Source: Azolla caroliniana (Eukaryota > Plantae > Polypodiophyta). Taken from it: DNA of 64,000 nt. Shown one piece after another: positions 9,583 to 22,017 of the stretch. The position numbers and the translations under genes are program-made. The stretch covers positions 13,516,001 through 13,580,000 of the forward strand of contig JBHGNT010000009.1 in assembly GCA_043228905.1 (NCBI GenBank), read 5' to 3'. The notes below the pieces were generated by a model. It was not told the DNA's origin, did no database searches, and saw only the letters and a program-made list of their open reading frames with translations. Position 1 is the stretch's first letter, and every line of letters begins with the position of its first letter.

Positions 9583-12500
9583 TTACACATTCGTAGGTCC
9601 CTTCGGACCCTTACCGTTTTCCTTACGGGTTGCCGTGTCTTCCTTCGTCTCTGCTACGGGTTCCCCGTCGTCTTTTTCTTCCATCCGTACCGTTCCCGGA
9701 CAGGTTCCCGGTATAGTGCCGGTGAGCTGCATAAACGGGTTCTTTGGCATCGGTCCTTTATAGGGCTTTAGTCTAAATCCGTTCACCCACTTGCCTAGTA
9801 CTTCACCGGCAAGTGTCCCTATCTGATAGGACCCGTTGTATTCCCGTGTCAGCCAATACGGGCCTGTCCATCTAAACCGGAGTTTACCCGGCATCTTGCC
9901 CATCCTTGTTTGGAATACTAGAACCGGTTTTCCGATTTCGAACATCTTTTCGTTACCTTTCCGGTGACGGTCAACGAACGCTTTCCGTCGTCGTTGCTCC
10001 AGTTCCATGTGTAGGATGCTGGCCAGCCGTTGCTCCTCCAGTTCGCATAGTGCTGCTAGCCGCATTTCCTCCGACTTCTTTTCATTCAGCCGTTCCCGTA
10101 GTTGTATCAGTAAGCTTGGTACCTGAAATTCCACCGGCATGACCGCCTCTAAGCCGAACGCTAACCGGAACGACGTTGTCCGGATACTTGTTTTGTATGC
10201 CGTTCGGTACGCCCATAGCGCGCTATGGAGCTTTGTATCCCATTCCGTCCGGTTTTCGTTGACGATTTTGCGGAGAATGTTCTGCAGCGTTTTGTTGGTG
10301 GACTCTGCTAATCCGTTCGCCTGTGGGTAGTACGGTGTGCTTCGTTTACGTACCACGGCATAGAATGTTGTTAAGCTTTCCACTACCTGGCCGAGGAAGT
10401 GCCCTCCTTGGTCACTGATTAATTCAATCGGACATCCATATCGGCACCAAATGTTTTCGTACAGGAATTTTGCTGTGGATGACGCGGTATTGTCTCTCAA
10501 GGCCTTGGCCTCCACCCATTTAGTGCAATAATCCGTTGCCACGATGACATAACGATTACCCGCTCTCATTGCCGGTGGCTTGAACGGTCCGACAAAATCC
10601 AACCCCCACTTCTGGAATGGCTCTAGTGGAAGTACCGGTTGGTGTGGCATCCGTGCTTGCTCCGTAGGCTGGCCCATTCGTTGGCATAGGTCACATTCCT
10701 TAGCATACTTGACGGCGTCTTTTAACGTCGTGGGCCACCATAAGCCGCTCTGCCATACTTTCCTTGCCGTCGCTTCCCCGGCATAGTGTCCTCCGGCAAC
10801 CCCACAGTGTGCTTCCCGTAAGATTACTTCTTTATCGTCACTACGGACTGCCCGTCTCCATATTCCATCTGCTCCTTTGTGGTAGAGAGTGTCCCGTAAT
10901 AGATAGAAATTGCGGCTCTGCACCGCCAGTCGTTTCCTCTCGTCCCGGTTCATTTCCTCCGGTGGCAGGCCCGTGCTTAGGAACTAGTGCATGTTTGTCA
11001 GCCACCTATCTTCTGATGCCACCGTGTCGTCTGCTGCCGTTTCCGGGGTGATACGGAATAACTCTGCGTCCGGGAATTCATCCGCTACTCCGTCGCCTGA
11101 TTCTCCGGACTCTAACCGGCTCAGGTAGTCTGCTACGGCATGCTGGATACCGGGCCGGTGGAAAATCTCGAATTCGAACTCCTGCAACAGCAAGGTCCAA
11201 CGGGCCAACTTACCGGTCAAGGACGCCTTGGAAACTAAGTACAGGAGCGCCGAGTGATCCACATGGAAGGAGAACTTCCTTCCCAATAGGTAATGACGAA
11301 ACTTTGTTACACTGTAGATCATGCCCAGGGCCTCCCGTTCCGTAGTCGAATAGTTCTTCTCCGCTTGGGACAGCTTCCGGCTGGCGTAATATACCGGCCG
11401 GTACCATTTGGGCTCCGTAAGTTGCATTAAGGCGCTGCCGATAGCGATGTTGGAAGCGTCCACGAACACATGAAATTCCTTGCTCCAAACCGGAGGCTGC
11501 ACGACGGGTGCTTGCGACAAAAGTACCTTCAGGGCATTGTATGCCTTATCCTCCGTATCCGTCCATTGGAACGGTGTCCGATGTACCGCGGTGTGTAATG
11601 GTGTAGCCAAGTCAGCCAAGTGACGGAGCATCCGGCTGTGCCACCGGATCTGTCCTAAGAATCGGCTTAGTGCTTTGGCCGTTTTCGGCGTCGGTGCCCC
11701 TAGTATCGCGTTTACTTTGTCGGGGTCGACCGCAATGCCCTCCTTACTTACAATGTGTCCCAGCAATATTCCACTTGAAACTCCAAAGATGCATTTTGCT
11801 GGGTTTAAGCTTAGCCGGTATAACCTACACTTTTCAAGGCATAACCGTAGGTGCTGCAAATGGTCTTTTCCCCGGCTATAGACTGCAAAATCATCCAGGA
11901 AAACCTGCATGAAGGCTGGAATGTATTCGCCGAAGATCTCCATGATGATTCGCTGGAAAGTTGCTGGTGCCGTTTTTAGGCCGAACATCATTACTTCGGC
12001 CACAAACACCCCCCATTCGGTGACGAACGCTGTCTTCTCCTGGTCGTCGGGGTGCATCCGGATTTGATTGTATCCGCTGAAGCCGTCTAAAAAACTATAA
12101 ACTTCATGGCCGGCGACGGCATCCAGTACTCCATCCGTGAACGGAAGAGGGAATGCATCCGTAATTATGGCGGCATTTAGTTTCCTGTAATCTACACACA
12201 CGCGGATTTTACCGTTCTTCTTGGGGACGACGACGATGGGGCTCAGCCACGTCGCTTTCTTTACCGGCCGGATGAAGCCCACTCTTAGGAGTTTATCGAT
12301 TTCCTCCTTCACTTTGGCGGCGTAGTTGGGGTTCATTCGGTAACGTCTTTGCGCCACTGGTTTCGCGTCCTTGCCTAAGTGGATCTGATGCTGATATAAT
12401 TGAGGGTCCAGCCCCCGCATGTCTTCGTATGACCAGGCGAATACGTCGCGAAACTCCGTGAGAAGTTTGATCATCGCTGCTTTATCTTCCGGCTTCATTT

Positions 12501-15453
12501 CTTTGGCGATGTGTACCGGCTTTGATTCGTCCTTGCTTCCTAGGTTCACTTCGTCGAGCTGGGATGCCTTTACCCGTTGGGAAATGGCCATTTCCCGTTC
12601 CAACACTTCCTGTGCTTGCCGTAACTCCCGAATCGCATCTTTGTCTGGTTCGGCTTCGGTTTCGTCCCGCTGCGGCAAGTATGGCGCTACGGCTTCAGCC
12701 ACGTCAATCTCGAAGAGTGGTACGATCTTCGGGTGTTCCTCCAAGTACTGGGCTTCTTCGTCGTCTGCCAACCCTTCAAGCATGTTCACGCATTCCGCAT
12801 ATAGCGGTGTGCATTCCTTACCGTTGCTCGTCCGTGGTTGTGTCGGAACCCGGACCTTGGCTTTTCCGCGCCGGAAGGTAATCATATTTTTCCGCCAATT
12901 TTGCTTGATGTGTGTTGTTTTCAACCATGGTCTGCCCAGCAACAGTGGGTACGTGCCTTGCGCCTGTAGCTGCAGCACTACAGCCGAGATGTGAAATGTG
13001 TGGCCTCCTATGGTGACTTCCAATTTCCGTATTAAGCCCGTCGGCCGTACAGAGCTCGTATCCGCCATCCGTAGCCAGAACGGACATGGCTCCCATTCAT
13101 GTATACCCAAGGCATTACACGTGTGGAGGCTTATTACGTTCACCCCGGAACCTCCATCGATTACTGTGCCGGGAAGTTCGTGCCCTTTGACAATAGCTGT
13201 AATCACCGGACTACTAGTGTCCACCACTGTCGGTCCCTCCTCCGGGTTCGAGAAGAGGACTGGTGCCGGTGGGGCTATACCGTCTGTCATGCCCGTTTTT
13301 AGTCCTTCCGTAAATCGCGGCACGAGCTGCAAGAGTCGTCCTAACGGCAACGTGATCTGACAATCTTGCAGTGCTTGCCATGCCTCGTTTTCTGGGTGGC
13401 TACCGCCGGCACTCCCTATGGTATTCGCCTTTTGCCGTTCCACGTCCGCGACGTTCCTTTCATTGGCTTCCTTCACCCATTCCGTCGCCTGTTTTCGTAT
13501 GGCCTCCTGTATTTCCCACTCTTTGGCCATGCCTTTCGACCGTGTGGTTACTTGCTGTACATCCGTCACTTCCGGAACCACCATATTAACTGCTGGTCGT
13601 TTCTCGTAGCTCTTTACCGGGCATTGGTTACTGTAGTGGCCTTCCTGCCTGCAGTAGTAGCAGTACTCTTTACGGGTATTGCTGGATTCAGCATTGCTGG
13701 TAGCCGGAGTCGGTCCCGTAGTGAGTGGTGCGTTCTGTGCCGGTTGGCTCCTTGGGGTTCCATGTTCCGGGTCCCTAGGGTGGCCACCTTTCTTGAAATT
13801 CCGTTTCTTATTATTCTTATTTTTATTTCGGTAGTCCGGTCGTGGTGGATCGTAAAATCGGCCGTAGTCCTCCTGGTGCCTTCGGTAACTAGGGGAATGG
13901 TCTCTGTCGTATTGCTCGTGTCGTCTGTTGGACTCCCGATAGCGGTCCGATCGCTCATACCGGTCGTAGTTATCATGCCGATTCCCGTACCGGCCATCAT
14001 TCTCTTGTCTGTCTCCGTACCGGACATCCTGTGCCGGTCGGTACCGGTTCATTTTTTGCCAACGATCTTCATCTTCGTCTCGGCTGCTTCTTGGCTCGAT
14101 CCGTCGGACGGGTGGTGCTTGTCGGTTTAACAGGTTATACTCGCACCGGTCCATTGTATGACTCTTGGATTGACAAATCACACACTGGGTTCGCATGGTG
14201 CACTCCACTGCCGAGTGTCCGGCATTCAAGCAGATTGTGCATTGAATTGCCTGCCGGAACCGGAGATCTTCATTTGTGGGTAACGCCCGTTGCAGTGCTC
14301 CCAGTGTAAGCCATGAGCTTGACTTTTTCATTTCTCTGACCCGGTCAATGACCTGGTCAATGGTGCATCCTCGAAAGTCGATCACCGTACACACCGTGCG
14401 TAACGGTTCCCGGAGTGCGTTTAAAAATATCGTCCGTAGTTCCTCCTCCGGGGGTGCACGGGCAAGCTGGCTATGCATTCGTTGGAAACGGATGACGAAT
14501 TGGGGAATGCTTTCCCCTGCCTCCTGTCGGATCGTATAAAACAGGCCCACCATTGTCGTCTGGTCGACCTCCTTGTGGAAAAAATGCAAGAATTTTGCTT
14601 TTAATTCTGCAAAGGTTGTGATGGTCGCCGGGTCCTACGTCCGCCGCCATCGTGTCGTCGGTCCCTCCAACGTGACTCTGAATTCCGCTATCTTCGAGCG
14701 TTCTTCTTCCTCCGGTGTCATTCGCTGGGACGTGTGATTTGCTTCCCATGTCTGCTCGAAGTCATGAACATGCGCTTCCGCGTCCGGATCATCGCGATAC
14801 TTTGAGTATTGGAACGGCATGTCGTCGTCCAGTATTAGGCCGCGGTTTAGTGGCGTTTGTTGATATCTTTCCGGTTTTCTCTGCGGTTCCACTTCCGGTT
14901 CTTTTGCCGGTGCTTTTTCCGGTTCTTTTTCCGGTTCCTTCACCGGCTCTTCTTCCGGTACCTTTGCCGGCTCTTTCGTTGGTGTCGGTGGCTTTGCTTC
15001 TTCCACTTCCGGTGTTGGTGGGTTGACGGCTTCCGTTTGCGGTTCCGGATAGCCCTGGTTGAGCGGTTCCGGTTCTGGAGTCGGCACGGTATCCGACCCG
15101 TCGTCCTCCGGGCCGCCGGGGGTATCGTTGTTGCTCCGGTAGTTCGTGTGCACGCTGTATCCCCCTTCGGAATCCGATTCGTAGGCTGAAAAGGCTTCTG
15201 CCTCGTTTTCTCCGCTTGCCAGCGCCTCGAGGAGGCGTTCGGTTTCCCGGAGACTACTTAGACTGCTTTCGTCGTCCTGGTCGCGAGTTTGCCGTAACCG
15301 AAGAGATTCCTCCGCGACTCTCCGGATCTCGTTGGAGAACGAACGATCCGAGCGAATTTCGTGCGCTGCTTGCTGGAAAGTCTCACGCCGTCTTTGCCGT
15401 TCGGCGAGGCGTCGAGCTTGGTCTGTAACCAAGTCGTGCGTTGGTCTAGTCAT
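9583..15453 (-). pseudogene. Single-frame gag-pol of element B with two in-frame TAG stops (14635-14637, 10984-10986)
   Basis: ORFs 14635..15453, 10984..14589 and 9583..10953 share one frame. Three CCHC knuckles, PR (VIDGGSGVN), RT (LDGFSGYNQI, FLDD), RH (VDAS...TEREAL), IN (HHCC, WGLDFVGP, SDQG, NGLAE, GPY). No chromodomain or archaeal-type RH seen. Confidence 0.95.
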
Positions 15454-15488
15454 CCATTACCGTCGTTCGCTGCGAGAAAGCAGGAATC

Positions 15489-15498
15489 GTGGTCGCCA
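15489..15498 (-). other. 5' PBS of element B, tRNA-Arg(UCG)-type
   Basis: The minus strand reads LTR|CAGTTT TGGCGACCAC, a 10-nt match to a tRNA 3' end GUGGUCGCCA. Confidence 0.7.
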
Positions 15499-15504
15499 AA
15501 ACTG

Positions 15505-15923
15505 TGTTATTCGCTAGCCGGACAAGGCCTAACACAAGGTGTCACGGAGACACTTCACCAAAGGGTGATTACGGCATAGGATTAAGATTCAACGATTACA
15601 CCGACTTACGTAGGTTACACGATTAGAATGCTTTGGTTAATTACACGCGTAAGATATAACAGTAGTTACAGAACGGAAATCAACACAGAAGTATAAACAT
15701 CATAAGCTCTATTAATTATCCGCTCCGATTACAATGGGGTCCGGCCCTTTAAATAGGTTTCCGGCCCGTAGTACAAAACGGTGCCTATCGCACCTATTCG
15801 GGATCCGTCCGGATCTGGAACGGCATACCGTTTCCAGTCCGTCCGTCCACACTATGCTCATTTACAACCATATTTAATTAATTCCTTCACTCCGTATTTT
15901 GGACTCCTTGCCGGCCGGTAACA
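15505..15923 (-). repeat. 5' LTR of element B
   Basis: 419-bp direct repeat of 6185-6603, followed by TSD ATTAT. Confidence 0.97.
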
Positions 15924-16456
15924 ATTATCGTGGTCGAGCAAGTCGAACGACATAACAAACAACAAAACCTTGCTCGTGTCAAGCACGGTTCGGTCAAGTG
16001 TAAAAAGTCGCGCGAACTGCGACTCAAACTCCTGAAGGAACCGCGACTTGAGCTTTGCGAGGGCTGTCAACCCAATCCATGAAATCTTTCTTCGATAGCC
16101 AGAGGGAATCCTCGAACCTGTACCGTTTGAGGATCTGTCCCTCAAAGTCCGGCCAATTACGGCAATCCACTTGTACCTCAAGCACTTCCGCATGGATGCT
16201 CGGCGTTACGACATGAGGAAACCTAGTGAGCCATCTATCTTCCGAAATATTCCTCATCTACATCTCAACCCTGTAGGCCTCTAGGTAACTCGTGGCGTCT
16301 TTCCCATTAAACTAGCCTATCTTGTCGATCGTCTCTTCTACGGCCCTATCAAGGGCACTCGTGCCCTCGCGAGCGTTATCCAGACGGTCTACCGCTATCA
16401 CCATTGCTTCGGCAAGTTTGCTTCCTCTCATCTTCGGATTCCTTTTCCGCCCCTCT

Positions 16457-16473
16457 TCACGTCGTGTTCACCA
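16457..16473 (-). other. PBS of element A, tRNA-Trp type
   Basis: Minus strand TGGTGAACACGACGTGA, one mismatch to TGGTGAACCCGACGTGA (complement of the plant tRNA-Trp 3' end), 4 nt from the LTR end at 16478. Confidence 0.8.
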
Positions 16474-17401
16474 AAGATGTCGCAGTATTCCGCGCGGATG
16501 CGTAGAAATGGGGCAGGACCATGGGGGTCTTGTACCAAGGAATCGAGCAAATGGGAGGAATATCCCTCGCGTTGCCTACACGGAGACTGTAGACAGAATA
16601 GAGAGGGACAGGAGTGAGACGGTCATAGGTTGGCCTTCTTTCCCTTCTTGGCTTCATCTCCCCCTTGTCTGGCAAACTCTGGCTCTTCCCTTTGGTTGTT
16701 GTCCTTGTTTCCGCCTTTTACTTCTTCAGCCGACCCGAAATCGAATTCTTCATCCTACTCGGCTTCGTGGTCATTTCCGCTCCTTTCCTGCTCCCTTTCC
16801 TAGTCTTTTCTCCCCCTCAAGTTCGGCACGTCGAGATGCCGCAAACTAAGCATATCCAAGAATTGTTGTAACTTGTCAAGACCAAGGGGCTTGGGAAAGA
16901 TGTTGGCAGTCTGCTGATCCGTTGGAACGTACGCTAGTTCGACTTCATTGGAGAGGACACGCTCATGGACAAAATGGTAGTGCACTTCAATGTGCTTGGT
17001 CCAGGTGTGGATGAGAGGGTTCCTCGCAAGTTGGATGTTGTTGAGGTTGTCGCCATAGATCGTCCTCGGATTGGACACCTCCACCTGCGGATCCTTGAGT
17101 AGCCTCTTGAGCCAGATGACTTTGCACGTAGTGACCGCCACTCCTTGATACTCAGCCTTTGTGCTTGATAGTGCCACTGTCTGTTGCTTTTAATTCTCCA
17201 TGCGATTGCCACCCTTCCCAATGAAAATGCATATCCAGATGTTGATTTGCAATTGTCGGCATTTCCGCCCCCATCGACATCCGTGTAACTGACTAACTGC
17301 TTGGCTACTCCTCCATATAACAACGCCATGTCCGTAGTGCCCCTAACATACGACAATATCCTTTGCACGCACTGAAGGTGTTCGGTCGTGGGTTGTGACG
17401 T

Positions 17402-18518
17402 TGTCATCAAGATCAGTCACTAGGCATGGATCGTGAGGTGGAACCACCGGGGTTTTGGATCGGAAGGATTCGAAGTTTGCACTTACTTTAGCGAGAAAGG
17501 ATGTAAGATAGATTAAAAGAGAGAGAGATTTAAACGCTTGACTTTGGTCGAGAGAGATAGAAAGAGATTAAGATTGGACCCTTGACTTTAAATTTAAGAA
17601 ACGAGATACACCATCAATTGGAGAACGAATTTTCTTCTTCTTAAATTCTTGAATAATACATAGCATCCTTTTGATCTTTTTCATCCACCCTTTTATAGGA
17701 GCTCCCATGCATATGATGCATGTGAGGGTACAAGACATGCATACAATGCATGTGATGCATGTTTGCCATTTGGCGCTCATGCATCACATGTCACTCAATC
17801 AAGCTTTAATATGAGAATTTATATGAAAAAATATAATCCCTAAAGAAATGATTTGGCTTAATGGTAAGCCTATTGCTTCCTATCTTGGAGGTGCAAAGTT
17901 CGAGTCTTGCTTACATCCTTTTCTTTTATGCACAGAATACTATTAGGCTTTCGGACCAAATATCTTTAAGACACCATGCACCGCGATCAACCCACCCGAC
18001 CGATCTATCCGATTTGCATCCATTTGGTCCGGCACAGTCCGGTTCGGTCTACATTCCGAGTCACTTGACAATAACCGGCAAGTCGCCGGTTACTGCCGGT
18101 TTTTGTTGGCCGAAACTTTTACAAGTAGCTAGGCCGCACCCACTCATCCAATTAGCTTAGTTCAAGTCACCTTGAACTCTCTATGCTCCACACATAGACA
18201 CAAAGGTAATAAATTTTGCTCTACCTCTTATATGGTGAGATCCTTATTTGTCATGTCTATGTGGGATATCTCACAGTTTTATCTTTCTCTTTTCCTTTGC
18301 AAACTTCCTACCCACATACCTTGAGACTTAGATGTTCGTTTCTTATGTAGTAAAGTGCATTCGAAAGCTCTTGAAGACCTCCATCTTTTTGTACTAAGCT
18401 ATTTAACTTATTTAAAATAGTATTTTCACTATTATTGTTTTATATGATTCATGAGAAGAACCACACTCGATTTCATATATTCATCACAAGTTTCACACTA
18501 TTGCCGAAAATCTTCACA
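17402..18518 (-). repeat. 3' LTR of P2 (1117 bp)
   Basis: TGTCATCAAGA...TCTTCACA, homologous to 24186-25634. Confidence 0.9.
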
Positions 18519-18590
18519 TCCACCCCCACCAAACCGCACGTCCTCTGGTACGTGCCAAGAAGAGAGAGTGTGAGATTTCGGCTACGGTGA

Positions 18591-19538
18591 TCAATCAGAT
18601 TCATCCACGTCTTCATTCACATCCGCCCTATTATCTTCATCGTTGAGGTGATCGAGGTCAGGATCCTCATTTTGTCTTTTCTTCAAAATCTTTACTCTTT
18701 TCCCTGCAATGGGTACCCCCAACTTTGATCCGTCTACCTCCACAAGGTGGTATGTGGCATTATCATTTGCATTTGTCACCACATACGGTCCGAACCATCT
18801 TCTTGCTAATTTTCTTGTTGTACTGTGGTGATTGTCAAGGTTGCTGTCGTAAACCAATACCCAATCTCCTTCTTTGGTCTTCTTGGGACGCAGTCGATGC
18901 GTCTTGTGGAATCGAATTTTGTTCCTCACTCCGGCTGCCTCCATCATCTTTTGCGCTTTTTCTAGATCTTTAGGTTTTCTTTCAAGTTGCATTATCCATG
19001 CCGCTAATAACTCTTCTCGGCTCATCTCGTTCTCCCATGGTATCGCTACCCATGAGGCAATCGTCCTTTCGATGGACATTACCGGCTTTTGTCCATACGA
19101 AAGCTCTGTTGGCATATACCCTGTCACCGAGCTGTGTGTCGTTCTGTCAGCCCACAAGGCATACGGCAATAGTCGTGGCCAATTCCCGACTCGACCGTTG
19201 CATGCTCGTACGATGGCTTTGACGATAGGTCCATGCCCTCGCTCGATCTTCCTATTCGCTTCTGGATTGTAGGTAGTCGTGAGGGAGAGCTTCACACCTA
19301 GTCGTTCGAAAAGCTCCGTTGCTTCGTGTGCATCCAACTCCCCACGGTCGGCGACTATCTTTCCCATACATCCGTATCGGCAAACAACCTCTTTGAGTAG
19401 AAATTTGCAAACAGCTGAGGTCGTCTTATTTGTCAAGGGCCGTCCTTCCACTTGATTTGTCAAGTCTTCTCTTGCCAGAGCTAAGTACTTCATTTGTCCC
19501 ACTCCCATTGGCATTGAGAGACCAGATCCACCATCCAT
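18591..19538 (-). pseudogene. Integrase core and C-terminus of P2
   Basis: AREDLTNQVEGR, VADRGEL, YNPEANRKIERGH, RWFGPYVV. Confidence 0.85.
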
Positions 19539-21100
19539 TTGAAGTGTATGGTGAGTGGGTATGTCGGTTGTAGCTCATCACGATCATGTATATTCCAATG
19601 TATTTGGCATGTTTCACATGTGGACACGAAATGGAGTACATCTTTGTACATGCTTGGCCACCAGTACTTCTCTTTCCACTTCTCGAATGTCGCCTATGTT
19701 CCTCTATGAACAACCCAAGCACTCTCATGGAATTCGGTCATTAGTGTCACTTGCTCTTCTTTCTTCACCACCACTCGACATGGTATTCCTGTCCTTCTTT
19801 TTGGGTGTCGCCAAAGGAAGTCTCCCTTCAAGATGTATTGGTAAGCTTTCTTCCAGATTCGTAGGGCCCCCTCCTTCGTCAACAAAGCATCCATCGTCAT
19901 TGTTCTTAGGAATCTGTCGATTAGTAACCACTCCCCTTCGTACTCGTCGTCGTTGAAGACGTGGAGGGTTAGCGTGTCCTTGTCTTCCGTCGATAGTCGG
20001 GCCATCTTGAAGAAGTCAAGAGTGACGTCATCATCTTCCGAAACCATGTCACTTTCATTCTCAAATCTTGCCCTTGACAGCATGTCGGCCATGGCGTTCT
20101 TCTTCCCTACAATATGACGGATCTCTGGGTTTAAAGACTTGATATAGGTGATCCACCTTAGCATAGCTAGATCTGGTGTCGCACATCCTGAGATCATCCC
20201 AAGGATTGGGAGACAATCTGTCTCAATTATTACTTCCAACCCGATCAGGTACTCTTTGTCCGTCTTCACTACCGAAACAATACCCCAAAGTTCTCGCTTG
20301 ACTTGGGCGTATCTTTGTTGTCATTCGCTGAGAACCTTTGCTCTAAACCAGATGGCATACCGTGCATTATCTTCTCCTTCTTGGTTGATGACCCACCTGA
20401 TTCCAGTTGGGTTCGTATCTAGAGTCACATAAATCGGCTTCCCTTCGGTATAGTCGGCCTTTCTTCATGGTGGAGCTTCAAGAAGTAGTTTCTTCAATCT
20501 TTGCATCGCGTTTGTGTGCTCGTCTCGCCATTAGAACTTCATTCTTTTCTTTAACAATCCATATAAAGGTGACTTCCTTCATCTTTTGCCAGCTATCTTC
20601 TAGTAGCGGAACCGCAACTGGCTCGATCTTCTTATCCACCATTTTATATTTTGTGTTGACTTCAGCTTCCTCCATCAAGATACCACGATGGTATTCATCG
20701 ATGATAGCATACATGTTGATGGAGCTAACCGAAATCACGCGATGATCGTGTAGATTGCTCAAGTCCACGACTTCCTCGATTTCGCCGATGGTGTCGTTAA
20801 ATGAGGCTTCTTCCATAATCTGAGTCACGAACTCTTCTTCTTCTATTATATTTTCTTCTTTCAGCATCTTCTCGAAGTTTTGTATCCAACGCTTGTCCTT
20901 CTAGTCGGGTAGTACTAGTTTACATGCGCCACTAGCTATGACACATGTTGCTTCTCCTCGCAATCCACGCACTCTACTTTCTTGTGGGGACTTGTGATTG
21001 CTTAGACTATTTGTGCCCCATGCTTCAATAGTCCGCTCTAAAAATCCAAGGAGTCACCTCCAAGACTAGCTCGATTTCTTTCATGATTAGCTCGCACCGT

Positions 21101-22017
21101 TGTCGCGAAGATTGTGGTTGTGTGTCGCAACCGCCGGGGTTCTGTGACTCGGGGATGATCGGGGTGAAAACGCGTCATCGCAAATGGTGCGATGACAAGA
21201 AGCCGAGAAGGCAAGATAAATGCAACGTTGTCGCGCAACCGCTTACAATATTTATTTGCCAAAAGTTACTTGGCAAGACTTGAACTCACAAACTCTATTT
21301 GAGAAGAAGCGTTAGGGATAGACCACTTCAATCTCTCTGGTTTCTATTTATTTGTCTTTCTCTTTCACTTTATATATACTAAATTTATATTACAAAATTT
21401 GATTACAAAAAGAAGTTGTTTGAAGAGGATTTGAACTCACGACCTTTTGTTTACAAAGAGGTGTTTGATATACACCACTTTAACTTCTTCCTTTTCTTGT
21501 ATCCCCTTTCTTTTCTTTAACTCTTGTCTTGATTTATGCAGGCCCCATCTTCTTTGGAGAGCTCTGCATCCCATACCCACACGAGCTTCTTCACTCGCTT
21601 TTCCTTCTCTTCCTTCTCCTTCTCCTCCTCCCTTCCCTTTAGCAACCATAGGCATGGCTTATATAGGGTGGTCAACCGCCCTACCGCCCTCTTGAGGCGG
21701 TTGAGCCGCCTCATGCAAGGCGGTTGTATTTTTATTTTTATTTTCTTTATTTATTGATGCTACAATTCAATTTTATAGTTCTATATTTAAGAAATTATAG
21801 AAATAGCCCTTATTTAATTTTGGCTCCCCCTTTTGAAATAATTACATTTTTGTCCCAAGTAACATTAATCCTTCTGAAGCTTGTATCTTGGGCTTCTGAA
21901 CTCCGATTCACGAACCGGAAATTCCTTCATGCTCCTTGTCATAAGATCTAGATGGAAAATGTACTTCTATAGATTTTTGACATTGTTTTCACATCGTGAA
22001 GTGTCAACTTCATGACA
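21101..22017 (-). repeat. Solo LTR (917 bp) of a related Phygy-like family with 4-bp TSD CCGT
   Basis: TGTCGCGAAG...CTTCATGACA flanked by CCGT on both sides. Removing the LTR plus one CCGT restores the host frame FVTVRANHERNR. Confidence 0.88.

Larger units (their letters stand above)
6185..15923 (-). mobile_element. Element B: young full-length (9.7 kb) non-chromovirus Ty3/Gypsy element (Athila/Tat-like) with a 3' extra ORF
   Basis: Two 419-bp LTRs with about 4 mismatches by eye. Perfect 5-bp TSD ATTAT (6180-6184 and 15924-15928). Domain order gag-PR-RT-RH-IN, then an extra ORF. Confidence 0.97.
338..16625 (-). mobile_element. Element A: decayed Ty3/Gypsy retrotransposon, Phygy-like; hosts solo LTR 1176-1886 and element B
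   Basis: 3' LTR starts TGTCGTGAAGAT at 762 (minus) after a G-rich PPT at 763-780. Minus-strand IN, RH, RT (LPQGGTNSVAHM...PFLDD), PR and gag fragments follow. tRNA-Trp-type PBS at 16457-16473 and 5' LTR remnant from 16478. Confidence 0.85.

Noticed and set aside
14635-14637. Programmed stop-codon readthrough in B (also 10984-10986 and 6848-6850)
   Set aside because: The stops fall inside domains and fit C>T decay of CAG/CGA codons.
6185-15923. B as a plus-strand element with an inverted interior
   Set aside because: The LTR TATA/poly(A)/U5 order is minus like the ORFs, a PBS exists at the proper 5' side, and no PPT precedes 15505 on the plus strand.
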